64,000 bases of DNA from an uncultured bacterium (GTDB lineage: Bacteria; Patescibacteriota; JACMRA01). Under the pieces are notes generated by a model, which saw nothing but the letters and a program-made list of their open reading frames with translations, had not been told where the DNA came from and searched no databases. Where the stretch lies: contig OY969926.1 in NCBI GenBank assembly GCA_963704645.1, positions 992,001-1,056,000 of the forward strand, written 5' to 3'. Position numbers and translations under genes: made by a program. Of this stretch, positions 51,124 through 61,400 are shown piece by piece (positions within the stretch are counted from its first letter, which is position 1; each line of letters begins with the position of its first letter).

Positions 51124-51672
51124 TTAATTTTGATTATATTTAGCTAATTTTTGTTTATCTAAAACCATTTGGAAAGCACCTATTTCTAAACCATTCGGTT
51201 GAATATACGGTGAAAGTTTTTCTTTTGTTTTTTCAAAACCAAATTTAGTGTAAAAATTTATAGCCTGATTATTATATTCTACAACTTCTAGCTTCACATC
51301 TTGATTGTGCCTGTAAAGATTGTTTAATGTGTATTTTAACAAAATTGAACCAAAACCTTTAGAATGGTATTCTTGCAAAAGGTATATTTCGTCCAGCTCT
51401 ATCCAGTCTGGTTCATAGATAATTAAACTAAAACCTATTACTTTTTTATTAAATTCCAAAACCCAATATTGGTAATTGTTTCTGGATAATGTATCAACAA
51501 GCTTTAACTGTTTGCCTGCCCAATATTCTTCAGGAAAGCTAATTTCACCTATATCAGATGACGGATTTAAAACCACATTTGTATAATGTCTCCCATGTTT
51601 TAGTATTTCAACAATTGAACCAGCATCTTTTTGTATGGCTTTCCTGATAACTAAATTTTTATCTTCAATCAT
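51124..51672 (-). CDS. GNAT family N-acetyltransferase
   Basis: EYHSKGFGSILL and N.QAINFYTKFGF. Confidence 0.9.
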   Translation of the reverse strand: MIEDKNLVIRKAIQKDAGSIVEILKHGRHYTNVVLNPSSDIGEISFPEEYWAGKQLKLVDTLSRNNYQYWVLEFNKKVIGFSLIIYEPDWIELDEIYLLQEYHSKGFGSILLKYTLNNLYRHNQDVKLEVVEYNNQAINFYTKFGFEKTKEKLSPYIQPNGLEIGAFQMVLDKQKLAKYNQN

Positions 51673-51716
51673 TTTTGTAGAATCAATTTCAAGTATATTT
51701 AATATTCCGAATATTT

Positions 51717-52208
51717 TTAAACTTCAACTGCTTTGGTATCAAACAAATAATCTACAATATGCCTTTTACCTTTAGTTGCTAATAAAGGCACAATATACAC
51801 CAAAACAAGAATTGCAACCGCAGGAGCTAAAACCAATTTGGCAATGGTTCTATAAGCCCATCTAGCCGAAGTTAACTCATCACCGTTTGTTCTAACAACT
51901 TTAAGTTTGCTAATTGCATAACCTTTCATTTGTTTATTTTTGGCTATTCTATATACAGGCCAAATTATACCAGTTGCTAACATACCAAATTGAACTGGAG
52001 CATATAGAATAACGTTGGAATTTAAAACCAATCTAAAATATATTGCTGCTAAACCATAAAATATTGCCATACCTGGAACGCAGGCCAAAGCAACTAAGCA
52101 TAGTTCTAAAAAGGTTGCCCCTACCCTAGGGTAATATAAACCATATTTTCTTTTTAAATATCCCTCTTTTTTTACAGGGCTGGAAGTTTGATTATTCTGT
52201 TCATTCAT
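51717..52208 (-). CDS. RDD-family-like membrane protein
   Basis: RVGATFLE, G...KLKVVRTNG...R...K and KRHIVD....TKAV. Confidence 0.7.
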   Translation of the reverse strand: MNEQNNQTSSPVKKEGYLKRKYGLYYPRVGATFLELCLVALACVPGMAIFYGLAAIYFRLVLNSNVILYAPVQFGMLATGIIWPVYRIAKNKQMKGYAISKLKVVRTNGDELTSARWAYRTIAKLVLAPAVAILVLVYIVPLLATKGKRHIVDYLFDTKAVEV

Positions 52209-52427
52209 ATAAATAAATTGTATTTTTAAAGTTATTAAACATCTTTAATTTGTCCACAAAAATTTATGTTCATAGTTTGGACTGTGTGCTTTGGAATGGG
52301 GAAAGGTGGTTGTTTGATGTTTGGGTAATTATGACTTTTTAAGTTTAGCGAAATTGGTTTTAAAATAAAACTAGGCAAAAATTAAAGCCGTTTTAGAACG
52401 GCATTTTGTTATAAATTTATTTGTGGG

Positions 52428-52730
52428 TCAAAAAAGTAATATAGCCCTAACAATCATGTCTCCAACAGTTTCGGAATCCTCAAATTCTAATGCTGCTTCA
52501 AGCAACTCCACCATTGTACTATAATCATTATTGTGTTTCAAATAACTAATTATTGAGGTTGCCAAGCTATCTGGTGTACTGTTCCAATTAACATGTCTTA
52601 CAAGAGTACAAGCATCATTTTTTCTTAATATATCAACGATTTTATGCAAACCATTGTATACATTTACCATGATCTTGGATTCAGCTAAAACCAATTTAGC
52701 AATAATTTCCTTTCTTTCCGTACTTTCCAC
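52428..52730 (-). CDS. Hypothetical helical orphan protein
   Basis: AAGGGA SD, GTG start, TTGATA promoter and hairpin GCCGTT-TTAG-AACGGC downstream. Confidence 0.6.
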   Translation of the reverse strand: MESTERKEIIAKLVLAESKIMVNVYNGLHKIVDILRKNDACTLVRHVNWNSTPDSLATSIISYLKHNNDYSTMVELLEAALEFEDSETVGDMIVRAILLF

Positions 52731-52969
52731 AGTAAAATCCCTTAAACAGTAAATTAACTATTATAATCTTGCACATAAATTATGTTTTATCAAGAGTGTT
52801 AGAGGGATTTTAATTTTGGGGTGGAAATGGCTAATGGTGTTTTAATTAAATTTAAAAGTTGGTGTTCAAAGTATATGGTTTTAAATAAATTTTTTGAAAA
52901 TTAAAAAGCCACCCTACCTTAAACTTTTGAAGTTGTTTGGTAATTTGGGTGACTTATCTTAACAATAAA

Positions 52970-53380
52970 TTATTCCATAGGGGTAATAATTAAGTTTTCA
53001 ATTTCAACATTTGCAGCACAACCCCAGCTGGAAGCACCAGTTTCACCGAAGCTACTAACACTAATTTTTGCAGTTGTTTTACTGGTTAAAGTTATCAACC
53101 CAATTGTGTAGGCTTGCCCATCAACATCATCCAAGTAATGACCACTGTATAGTAAATCAAACCGAGCTTCACCATCGGAAGATATTCTACCATCGTTTGG
53201 TTCAGTGCTGGCTTGTCTAAACCAGTTTTGATAAAGCTTCAACTTGATGGTTTTACTTTTAAATTTTTTTACCTTACCTCTTGCATCAGAAACAAATACT
53301 GTAAGATTAGTTAAAACTAACTTTTTAGCTTCAAACTTTAAATCGAATTCTAAGCAACTTCTTTGAGGAACTGAAATCAT
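52970..53380 (-). CDS. Hypothetical orphan protein
   Basis: AGGAG SD and TTGATA-17-TATCAA promoter. Confidence 0.6.
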   Translation of the reverse strand: MISVPQRSCLEFDLKFEAKKLVLTNLTVFVSDARGKVKKFKSKTIKLKLYQNWFRQASTEPNDGRISSDGEARFDLLYSGHYLDDVDGQAYTIGLITLTSKTTAKISVSSFGETGASSWGCAANVEIENLIITPME

Positions 53381-53468
53381 TATTTTCTTATTCTCCTAGT
53401 AAATTTTTACCGAATTGGTATAATTAGTTGATAGCACAAAAAATGGGTTATATCAAGGGTGTTAGCCA

Positions 53469-53501
53469 GGGTTTGACTTTGGCGTGGGAATGGTGGAGGG
53501 T
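53469..53501 (+). repeat. 33-bp direct repeat, left copy
   Basis: GGGTTTGACTTTGGCGTGGGAATGGTGGAGGGT. Confidence 0.8.
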
Positions 53502-53515
53502 ATTTATATATTAAT

Positions 53516-54579
53516 ATGCCCCAACTTGAAACTAGACTAATATCTACCATAAAAAACTTACTGGATCAGGCAAGAAAGCAAGTATTTCAAACTGTAAATA
53601 CAACTATGGTTAAAACCTATTTTGAAATAGGTAAAACTATTATAGAAGATGAACAAAATGGTGAAAATAGAGCCCAGTATGGAAAGGAAATTTTGAAGAA
53701 TTTAAGTGTGGAATTAACAAAAGAATATGGGAAAGGTTTTTCTGTAGATAATTTAGAAAATATGAGAAGGTTTTATCTTGCTTATGAAAAATCCGAAACA
53801 CTGTCTCGGAAATCTCAAAAAGATCAGATAGTGTCAGGCGAATTCTTAGAACCCGAAACGTCGTCTTCTAAATTTGCAGATTTCAAACTTTCATGGTCAC
53901 ACTATCTTATTTTAACCAGAATGGATAGTCTTGAAAGGGCTTTCTATGAAAAAGAAATTGGTTTAGGAAATTGGTCAGTTCGTGAATTTCAAAGACAAAT
54001 TGATTCGAGTTTATTTGAAAGAGTAACACTTAGTAGAAACAAAACAGCAGTATTGCAAGAAAGTCTGCAAAAATATCATCAGCCAGAAAGTTCAAAAGAC
54101 ATAATAAAAGACCCGATGGTTTCGAGTTTTTGGGGCTAGAAGAAAAAACTGAGTATTCGGAAAATGAACTTGAAACAGCAATAATTAGTAAAATTGAACA
54201 TTTTTTGCTAGAAATTGGAAAAGGTTTTGCCTTTGTAGGCAGACAGCAAAGATTTACTTTTGAAGAGGAGCATTTCTTTGTAGACTTGGTTTTTTATAAT
54301 CGGCTTTTGAAGTGCTTTGTTTTGGTAGATTTGAAAATTGGGAAGCTTAAACACCAAGATTTAGGGCAAATGCAAATGTATGTAAATTATTACAATAAGT
54401 TTGTAAAAACTGAAGACGAAAACCCAACGGTGGGAATTGTGCTTTGCAAAGATAAAAAAGACAGTATGGTAGAAATTACCTTGCCAGAAAACAGCCAAAT
54501 TTTTGCAAGCAAATATATGCTTTATCTACCAAACAAAGAAGAGCTGAAAAGGCAGATTGAGGATAGTAGTTGGCATTAA
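53516..54579 (+). pseudogene. DUF1016/YhcG PD-(D/E)XK nuclease-family gene, frameshifted
   Basis: GKGFS..NL..MRRFY, LSWSHY, FLLEIGKGFAFVGRQ, VDLVFYNRLLKC, DLKIG and GQMQMY. One extra T at 54120-54122 would restore KDPMVFEFLGL. Confidence 0.85.
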
Positions 54580-54855
54580 TAAATTTTCACTTAGATTTTA
54601 GAAAATAGGTTTAACAAGAAAATCTTTTGAACAAAAATTAGCCGAAATCTAGGTTTTGACTTTGGGGTGGTTGTAATATGAATCTCATATAAACTCCTAT
54701 TATATCCTAGAAAATATGTGTTAAATTAAAACCATAGAATTGGCCGCCAAAAAACTTATGAATATGAATAAAATTGCAAGGGTTGGAGAAGGCAGGGAAG
54801 GCAGGCGTGGGGTTGAAAATGTGTAGGTGTAAATTGTATAATTACTTAGCAATTT

Positions 54856-54888
54856 GGGTTTGACTTTGGGGTGGAAATGGTGGAGGGT
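54856..54888 (+). repeat. 33-bp direct repeat, right copy
   Basis: GGGTTTGACTTTGGGGTGGAAATGGTGGAGGGT, 2 mismatches to the left copy. Confidence 0.8.
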
Positions 54889-54901
54889 TTTTTAATTAAA
54901 T

Positions 54902-56758
54902 TTAATCTTGGACTTCGAAACAATTTATGAGACTTAAAAGAATAACAAAAACCGACCAAAACCGATATGTTAATTTGAAGCTTCCAGCACTAAAATATTT
55001 TAGATCATAGCCGTGTGCTAATATATTTCTATATCCGTCATTACTATTAAAAAGATAAGCATTGATAAACTGTATAAATCCTTTTATTTCTAAATCGCCA
55101 ACATAATTATCTGAAAAATCTTTAGCATTTTTTTCTATTTCATTAAGCATATTATCAGTTCCTACAAATTTTGTTTTATTATCTTGAATGTTAAAAAAAC
55201 TATTTTTGGTTGAAACACTAAAAAGTATTCTTATAAGAATTTCAATTTTGCTCATAAGACTTTCAGCAAATACAGAGTTTCTAAATATCAACTTATCAAT
55301 TTCGTTTTTGTTTAAGTTTCCTGCCTCTAAAAAAGAATCTTTCAGAGTATTGAACTCTTCAAATAACATTTTAGAAACTTCTGGTAAATTTATGTATCTC
55401 TCACCAAAATCTTTAAATTTCAAAATATTCTCCAACCTTGATGATATTAATTCATCGAATTCGTCTGGGTTAAGTTTTTGAATAATAAATTCGAATATTA
55501 AATCTAGCGTAAATGAATTATTTGTAAATAAATTCTCATTATAAAAATTATTACCCACATAACTAGTACCCTTATTATCTAAATTTAATTTAGTGAAAAG
55601 GTTTGTAAACGAATTGTGTTCAGACTCAATATTTGAATAATAATTTATTGATATGAAATATCTTGAAGCTATTGTTATTCTTACAAACAATGGGCTGGAT
55701 TTAATTTTTTCAAAGTACTCACGAAATGCTACTACAGTTTTAGTCATATCAACTGAAATAGGCTGCATGGTGCTTCTTGCTATTTTACTATTTTCTTCCT
55801 CCAATGAAACAATTTTTTTATTAAATTCATGTAAGTCTTGCTTAGAATAATTATTATTTTTATTTAACAATAACTTGGATTTACTAATAATCTGGCTGGC
55901 CAGTGCCCAATTAAAATCATCTCTCTTGAAATAGCCTTCCAAACGATTCAAAATAATTTCCATTAGGTCTCTATGCCAATTTAAAAATTCAGGTTTACTA
56001 GGTACATTAGATATCAAATCTAGTAATCTTGAAAAAGATTGATCTTCCAAATATAACTTTGAAGCTAGGTTGCATATTTTTGAATATACCAATTCTAGTT
56101 CGATTGTTTCAATCCATTTATATTTTTTTATTAAAAATTCTGATATTATCAGACTGAAAAGATTGACAGATTCAAATGGTGTTTTATATAATTCAAAAAT
56201 TAAATTCTTTGTCGAATTATAATCAATTTTATTTTTAACTACATCTTCAAGGAAATAATCCAAAATAATCCAAAACTTTTTTAAATTGGGAGCATTACCT
56301 ACCATTAATTCACTCCAGAATACATTATATTTTTCTAAAATATTTTCTTTAAAGTCTTTATATTCCTTCCCCAATCCTTCTTTTCCACTTTTTTTTCCAT
56401 GATTTTTAATTATATAAATTTCATTTAACAAGTTTAAATACTCAATTTGAAAAGCAATTGGCAAGTTATATACTTGGCTTAAGTTTTCATTTAAAAAAGT
56501 ATATGTATCTTCAAAACTTAAAAAGTTATCTGCATTGTTGTTTTGAGTTTCAAAATAAGTTCTTAAACCACCATTCCAATATCCACTAATATTAATTAAT
56601 TTAAGAAATATTTCCACATCTTTTCTATTATTTTCTTCTTGCAGTTGTACTTTATCTAAATGAAAAATTGCCATTCTAAAATCATTGTCTACAGGATCAT
56701 ATTCATTTCCATAGTTTTTCAGTATAAATTCTATAAATTTTTTATCTTTTAAAAACAT
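54902..56758 (-). CDS. Large helical protein with a C-terminal HEPN-like (DUF4209-like) domain
   Basis: KIEILIR...RNILAHG (RxxxxH); very AT-rich. Confidence 0.65.
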   Translation of the reverse strand: MFLKDKKFIEFILKNYGNEYDPVDNDFRMAIFHLDKVQLQEENNRKDVEIFLKLINISGYWNGGLRTYFETQNNNADNFLSFEDTYTFLNENLSQVYNLPIAFQIEYLNLLNEIYIIKNHGKKSGKEGLGKEYKDFKENILEKYNVFWSELMVGNAPNLKKFWIILDYFLEDVVKNKIDYNSTKNLIFELYKTPFESVNLFSLIISEFLIKKYKWIETIELELVYSKICNLASKLYLEDQSFSRLLDLISNVPSKPEFLNWHRDLMEIILNRLEGYFKRDDFNWALASQIISKSKLLLNKNNNYSKQDLHEFNKKIVSLEEENSKIARSTMQPISVDMTKTVVAFREYFEKIKSSPLFVRITIASRYFISINYYSNIESEHNSFTNLFTKLNLDNKGTSYVGNNFYNENLFTNNSFTLDLIFEFIIQKLNPDEFDELISSRLENILKFKDFGERYINLPEVSKMLFEEFNTLKDSFLEAGNLNKNEIDKLIFRNSVFAESLMSKIEILIRILFSVSTKNSFFNIQDNKTKFVGTDNMLNEIEKNAKDFSDNYVGDLEIKGFIQFINAYLFNSNDGYRNILAHGYDLKYFSAGSFKLTYRFWSVFVILLSLINCFEVQD

Positions 56759-56760
56759 AA

Positions 56761-57111
56761 TTATTTTGCTTGGTTTTTTATTATTTCACTAAATATTTCA
56801 TTAGGTGGATTTTTTCCAACAATGGGAAATAGGTTTGCAACAATTACATCACCTCGTATAATGGTTTTTGTGACATTTACAGGACCTGTACCGTTATGTA
56901 CAACATTACCCTTACCGATATTATTTTGCTCAGTTTTTGAATTAAAAATGATTAATGAGTCTATTTTGTTAACAATATTACTTTCACTTGCCTTAATACT
57001 TTTTTTATTTAAATACCAAGTAAAAAATATTGAAATAAGATTAAGCATGCCAACTATAAAGACAGGAACTGTAGCAATAACAAGTGGTTGATTTAAAAAA
57101 TTTGTTATCAT
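56761..57111 (-). CDS. Small single-TM protein
   Basis: N-terminal hydrophobic helix; its stop lies 2 nt before the start of the HEPN-like gene. Confidence 0.6.
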   Translation of the reverse strand: MITNFLNQPLVIATVPVFIVGMLNLISIFFTWYLNKKSIKASESNIVNKIDSLIIFNSKTEQNNIGKGNVVHNGTGPVNVTKTIIRGDVIVANLFPIVGKNPPNEIFSEIIKNQAK

Positions 57112-57223
57112 CTCTTTTATATAAATACTTTATAGACTAGTAGTATTTTAGACCAATATTTTGTCAAAGATAATTTTAGCAATCATAACGGGTTTTGTTC
57201 TATATGTCTTAATCCTTTTTCAA

Positions 57224-57541
57224 TTAAACTAAATCTAATAAATTGATGATTTCTTCTAAACTATTCTGATCTAATTCTTTAATAGATAAAATTGATTCCA
57301 GCGATTCAAATATCCAAGCAAATTTTAGAGGATTGTTTGTTTCCATAAATTTAACAATTGATACTTTATCAACTGTATTAATTCCAAGAGTGGTTTTAAT
57401 TTTCTCTATAAAATCAATATAGTTTTCTACTTTATCAGGCCAATCATTTATAGCTTGATCAATGTTTTTTCTTATTTTTTCAATTTCAGTTTGAGTTAAT
57501 TTTGTAAGCATATTTATAGACTTATAAATTCCATTTATCAA
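57224..57541 (-). CDS. Orphan immunity-like hypothetical protein
   Basis: Small AT-rich ORF in the tight array after the toxin; the start may be ATG ~57511. Confidence 0.55.
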   Translation of the reverse strand: MINGIYKSINMLTKLTQTEIEKIRKNIDQAINDWPDKVENYIDFIEKIKTTLGINTVDKVSIVKFMETNNPLKFAWIFESLESILSIKELDQNSLEEIINLLDLV

Positions 57542-57548
57542 TAAACTA

Positions 57549-57824
57549 TTATAAATCTTTAAACATTTCTTTACTCAAAAAAACAATTTCGTACTTAAAT
57601 TCTTCTTTATTTTTGTAGTTATTTAATATTTTCAATAGCTCAGACTTACTCTCCTCAACTAATTTATTCCACACTTTAACTCTTATGATTAATGTTGAAA
57701 GATCAATTATATCAATATTTTCTACTCTTCCATCAGTAATGGAAAATATATCTACACCTAATATAGGTTCACTGGATTGTTTTATTGAATTGTATAATTC
57801 TTGGTAATTTAATCTCCATTCCAA
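57549..57824 (-). CDS. Orphan immunity-like protein (weakly Imm40-like), possibly 5'-truncated
   Basis: PILGVDIF...S...L...NY...YEIV pattern; TTG start with an in-frame TGA just upstream. Confidence 0.45.
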   Translation of the reverse strand: MEWRLNYQELYNSIKQSSEPILGVDIFSITDGRVENIDIIDLSTLIIRVKVWNKLVEESKSELLKILNNYKNKEEFKYEIVFLSKEMFKDL

Positions 57825-57851
57825 AAAATTATTTATTCATGCATTTTTAAG

Positions 57852-58199
57852 CTAATTTATATAACTTATTTTATTAATTATAATACTTTCACTATTTGTA
57901 AATGAAATAACAATCTCATCCTCAGCAAATGACCTTATTGTTAAGAAATTATCAGAGATATCTAAACTTGAAATTGTAAAATGAAATCTTGGATCTGTTT
58001 CTTTATTAAAACTATTTTTAAAAGATTCAATCTTATACGGGGCTTTAATAATTATTTCGTAATCTATGTTTTCATCCCAGTAGAATAATATTCCTATTTT
58101 GATTTCAGATAAAAAATGCTCTGTATTCAATTTTTCTATCCTACTCTCAGTAAAGTTTATTTTAGATAGTTCTTCTTTTTTTATTGTGGTTATGTTCAT
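57852..58199 (-). CDS. Orphan immunity-like hypothetical protein
   Basis: Overlaps the previous gene by 4 nt (ATGA coupling). Confidence 0.6.
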   Translation of the reverse strand: MNITTIKKEELSKINFTESRIEKLNTEHFLSEIKIGILFYWDENIDYEIIIKAPYKIESFKNSFNKETDPRFHFTISSLDISDNFLTIRSFAEDEIVISFTNSESIIINKISYIN

Positions 58200-58483
58200 T
58201 TTATTGCATTATAAACATTATTATCAATATCAATTTTCTCGAGGTTTTTTATTTGTTCATTAGCTTTCCAAATAGCTGGTATTCTTTCTTTCTTTTTAAA
58301 AATCATACCATTATTTATCCAAGCTTTTCTAAGTGAAATAATTTTTTGCATGTCAGAATTTAATAAATGGTATCCAAATTCTGTACCGCAGCAAGGACAT
58401 ATTTCAAAAGATCCACATGAAAATTTATCAAAGGGTGGTTCAAATAATTTATCAAAACCGCAAATTGGGCAAATGTAATTCAT
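58196..58483 (-). CDS. Cognate immunity protein, CPCC Cys-rich type
   Basis: CPICG...SFEICPCCGTEFG...LRKAWINNG; starts 2 nt after the toxin stop codon. Confidence 0.8.
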   Translation of the reverse strand: MNYICPICGFDKLFEPPFDKFSCGSFEICPCCGTEFGYHLLNSDMQKIISLRKAWINNGMIFKKKERIPAIWKANEQIKNLEKIDIDNNVYNAIK

Positions 58484-58485
58484 AG

Positions 58486-61400
58486 TTATTGTTTGTTGTA
58501 GTAATCTAAGTTAGTTGGCTCTCCATGAATTGCAGGATTTGGCTTATAGTATGTTCTTATTATTCCACTACTAGTCACCACACCAAATTCATTAGTTGAT
58601 GGATTAAACTTTACTATGTCGCCATTAATTCTAGTTTTCGAAAGTATGCTTGAATTGTCACTATTCATAAACGATTTTGCCAAAGCTTGGTATTGGGATG
58701 AGGATTTTGCACCAAAGTCTGCACCATGATCATTGTAGTGAGATTCTAGTGTGTTTTCATTAGCAAATCCCGTTGCACAATCTACATCCGCCCTAACCGA
58801 CACAACCCCAAACACAAATCCAAGAATAAGATCAGCAGCCGAAGCCTTCCCCAACAAACAACCACCCTTAGGTTCCTCAGAGTTTTTAGGTTTTGTTTTA
58901 GTGTCGTCAACCCCGTTCTTAACATTATCCAAATCATCCATTGCTTTGTTAAGTGCATTGGCCGCATCGTCCATGTTTGGCAAGGTTGGGTTTTTGTTTA
59001 AGTTGTCTGTGGCTTTACTTAAGTCATCTACAATTTTAGAAATGTCGTCTGTTACTTTGGCTAGGTCGTCTACTGTGCCAGCTACTTTAGAAACATCATC
59101 TAATACAGAACTAGATTTAGATATGGACGATGCTCCTTTAGATATTGCCCCTACACCAGCTGCTAAGGCTTCCCCTGTAAGAACTTGTCCTGCAAAGTAG
59201 CCTATACAAGTGGCAGGGTTTGGATCTGTTGTTCCACAAAAGTTTTGAGCTAGGTTTTGGTTAAACTTATCAGGGTCAAAGCTTAGTGATGGTGGGTTAA
59301 AGGAAATATTAGTTGCACTAACTGCAGCCGAAACCGTGTTAATTGTGGCTCCAATTATTGCTCCTGTAATAATAGTTGTGGCTATTGCTCCTGCTGTTCC
59401 ACCAATACCTACAACAGCAAGGCCTGCCCCTACTGCACCTGCTACAAAAGGTGCTGCTACAATGGTTAGAGCTACTACACCTACTACTAGGGCAATTTTA
59501 CCAATTCCACTTAAATAGTCTCCGTTTTTAAAGTCATCTATTATACCTGTGGTAAAGTCTGCTATACCTGTTACCACGCTTGCAGCTCCGTTAATTACAC
59601 CTTTAGTAAAACAATTGTCTCCGCTGAATATGTTAAAGTCGTTGTTGTATTTATTCTTTTCTGCTTCGGCGGTTGCTTTTGCTTGTTGGGCTTCTATCTC
59701 GGCTTTTTGTTTTTCATAGTCAGCTACGGCTTGTTTGTAATTATCTATACTATCTTGGTATGCTGTTTTAATATTAGCTATTTCGTCATTGGTTAAAAGA
59801 GAAGTATCGCAAGTTTTGTTGGCTGGAGTTGGACCTACAAAATTAGTTTCTTTTCTTAGTCTGTTAAGTTCGTTTGCTTGAACACAACTACTAGCTTCAC
59901 TTTTAGCTTTGGCCTGTGTTTGAAGTTCATCATTAACTTGAGATTGAATTAAGTTTGGTTCGTATACATTACAAGATTTACTAAAGCCTAAGTCTGGCAA
60001 TGGGGAATTTGGATCTGTAAGGTTTTTAACATAATCTTTTATGGTAGATTTTTGAGAATCACTTAAATTACACTCCCCGCTTCTTGGTGGACGAACAGGG
60101 GTGGTAATAGATTTACAAGTATTACCAGAAGTATTTGTTGCCCTGTCTGCTAAATTAGAACAGAAGGTGAAGGTGTTTTCCCAGTCGGAATCGTTATGAA
60201 CACTAAGGGTTTTTACTGTGGAAGTTTTGTTTCCCTGCTTTCCAATATTTCCAACCAAATTAGAAGTTGTGTAACTTTCCCCCGATACATTTCCAGAAAT
60301 TGTGTATGGCTCTTGTTTGTAAACAAAGTTTAAAGAGAGGTTTAGATTTGGATTATTTGGAGTTAAGGTGTCTCTTTCAATTTGGAAACATTTTAAACCA
60401 ATTTCATTGTCTGCAGAATCTGCAGAGTTGTAACATATTTGGTATATTCCGTCTTCCGCAAGGCCTGCCGCTCCGTCTTTGTCTGCAGTTTTGCTGCCTA
60501 AAGTAAAAGATACAGTATGCTTTTGGTTAGTGGCATTAATGAAAGTTTTAGATTGGTTAGAAACCAAATTTCCTACATTATCTAACAAGAAATATTCCAC
60601 ATCTGCTTGTTGCTCGGTAATACCTTCCAAAGTTAAATCTAGTTGATTTGTAACTACTGGAAGATTACCTCGGCCATCGGCGTAAAACTTTGGTGCTCCG
60701 TCGGTTTGGAAGTCTATTAAAGGATTAAATTTATTGGAGAGAGCGTTCTGAATAGAAAAGAATTGAGGAACAGTTTTGTCGTATTCCAACAAATATTGGC
60801 GAGTGTGTTCGCTTCTGTTGCCAGATTTATCTTCGTTACGCCACTGGACCAAATAGACACCTTCAGCTTTAGAGCTTGCCCCTGGCTTAGTACCTTGGGT
60901 AGAAGTATTCAAGGTTCCTGCTTTTAACAAAGTTTGATAAAGTTCTTCAAATTTAACTTGAATAGCAAACAAACAATGGGTTTTATTTTGAACTACAGTT
61001 CCGTCTGCGGCTATAGTTTCTTGGTTTTCTACCAAATTTCCATTAACCTTAGATTGTTCGGAACACCCGTTATTAACAACTTCAACAGCTACAATGTCGG
61101 TGTTATTTATACTTAGAATTGGATGAGTATCTTTTTCGGCAAACCCATAGAAAAATACAGAATCATCTTTTAAAACATAGTTTTTCTGGTTGTCTATTTG
61201 AAGAAGTCTATTGTTAGCAGGTCTAAAATATGAAGGTTCAATGTAGGCAGGTTGAGCAAAAATTCTTCTTTCAAAACCAGTTAAATTTCCCCATAAAGAA
61301 AAGTCTTGGGTTGGGGCATTAGGACCAACATTGTCTATAATATAGTCTTTGGTAGTTTGGGTAATATTTCCAGCAAGGTCGGCAATTTCAACTTCAACTT

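Noticed and set aside
52428-52730. Resemblance to effector-associated (EAD/Death-like) domains
   Set aside because: Based only on a loose W...P..LA..II.YL pattern; too weak without an HMM search.
6923-54888. Short repeats as a CRISPR array or integron attC sites
   Set aside because: No regular repeat-spacer period, no cas or integrase gene, and no RYYYAAC/GTTRRRY-bounded palindromes.
58777-58860. Pretoxin HINT/intein domain
   Set aside because: Only 28 aa and lacks HINT blocks and the terminal HN; reported instead as a signal-peptide-like loop.
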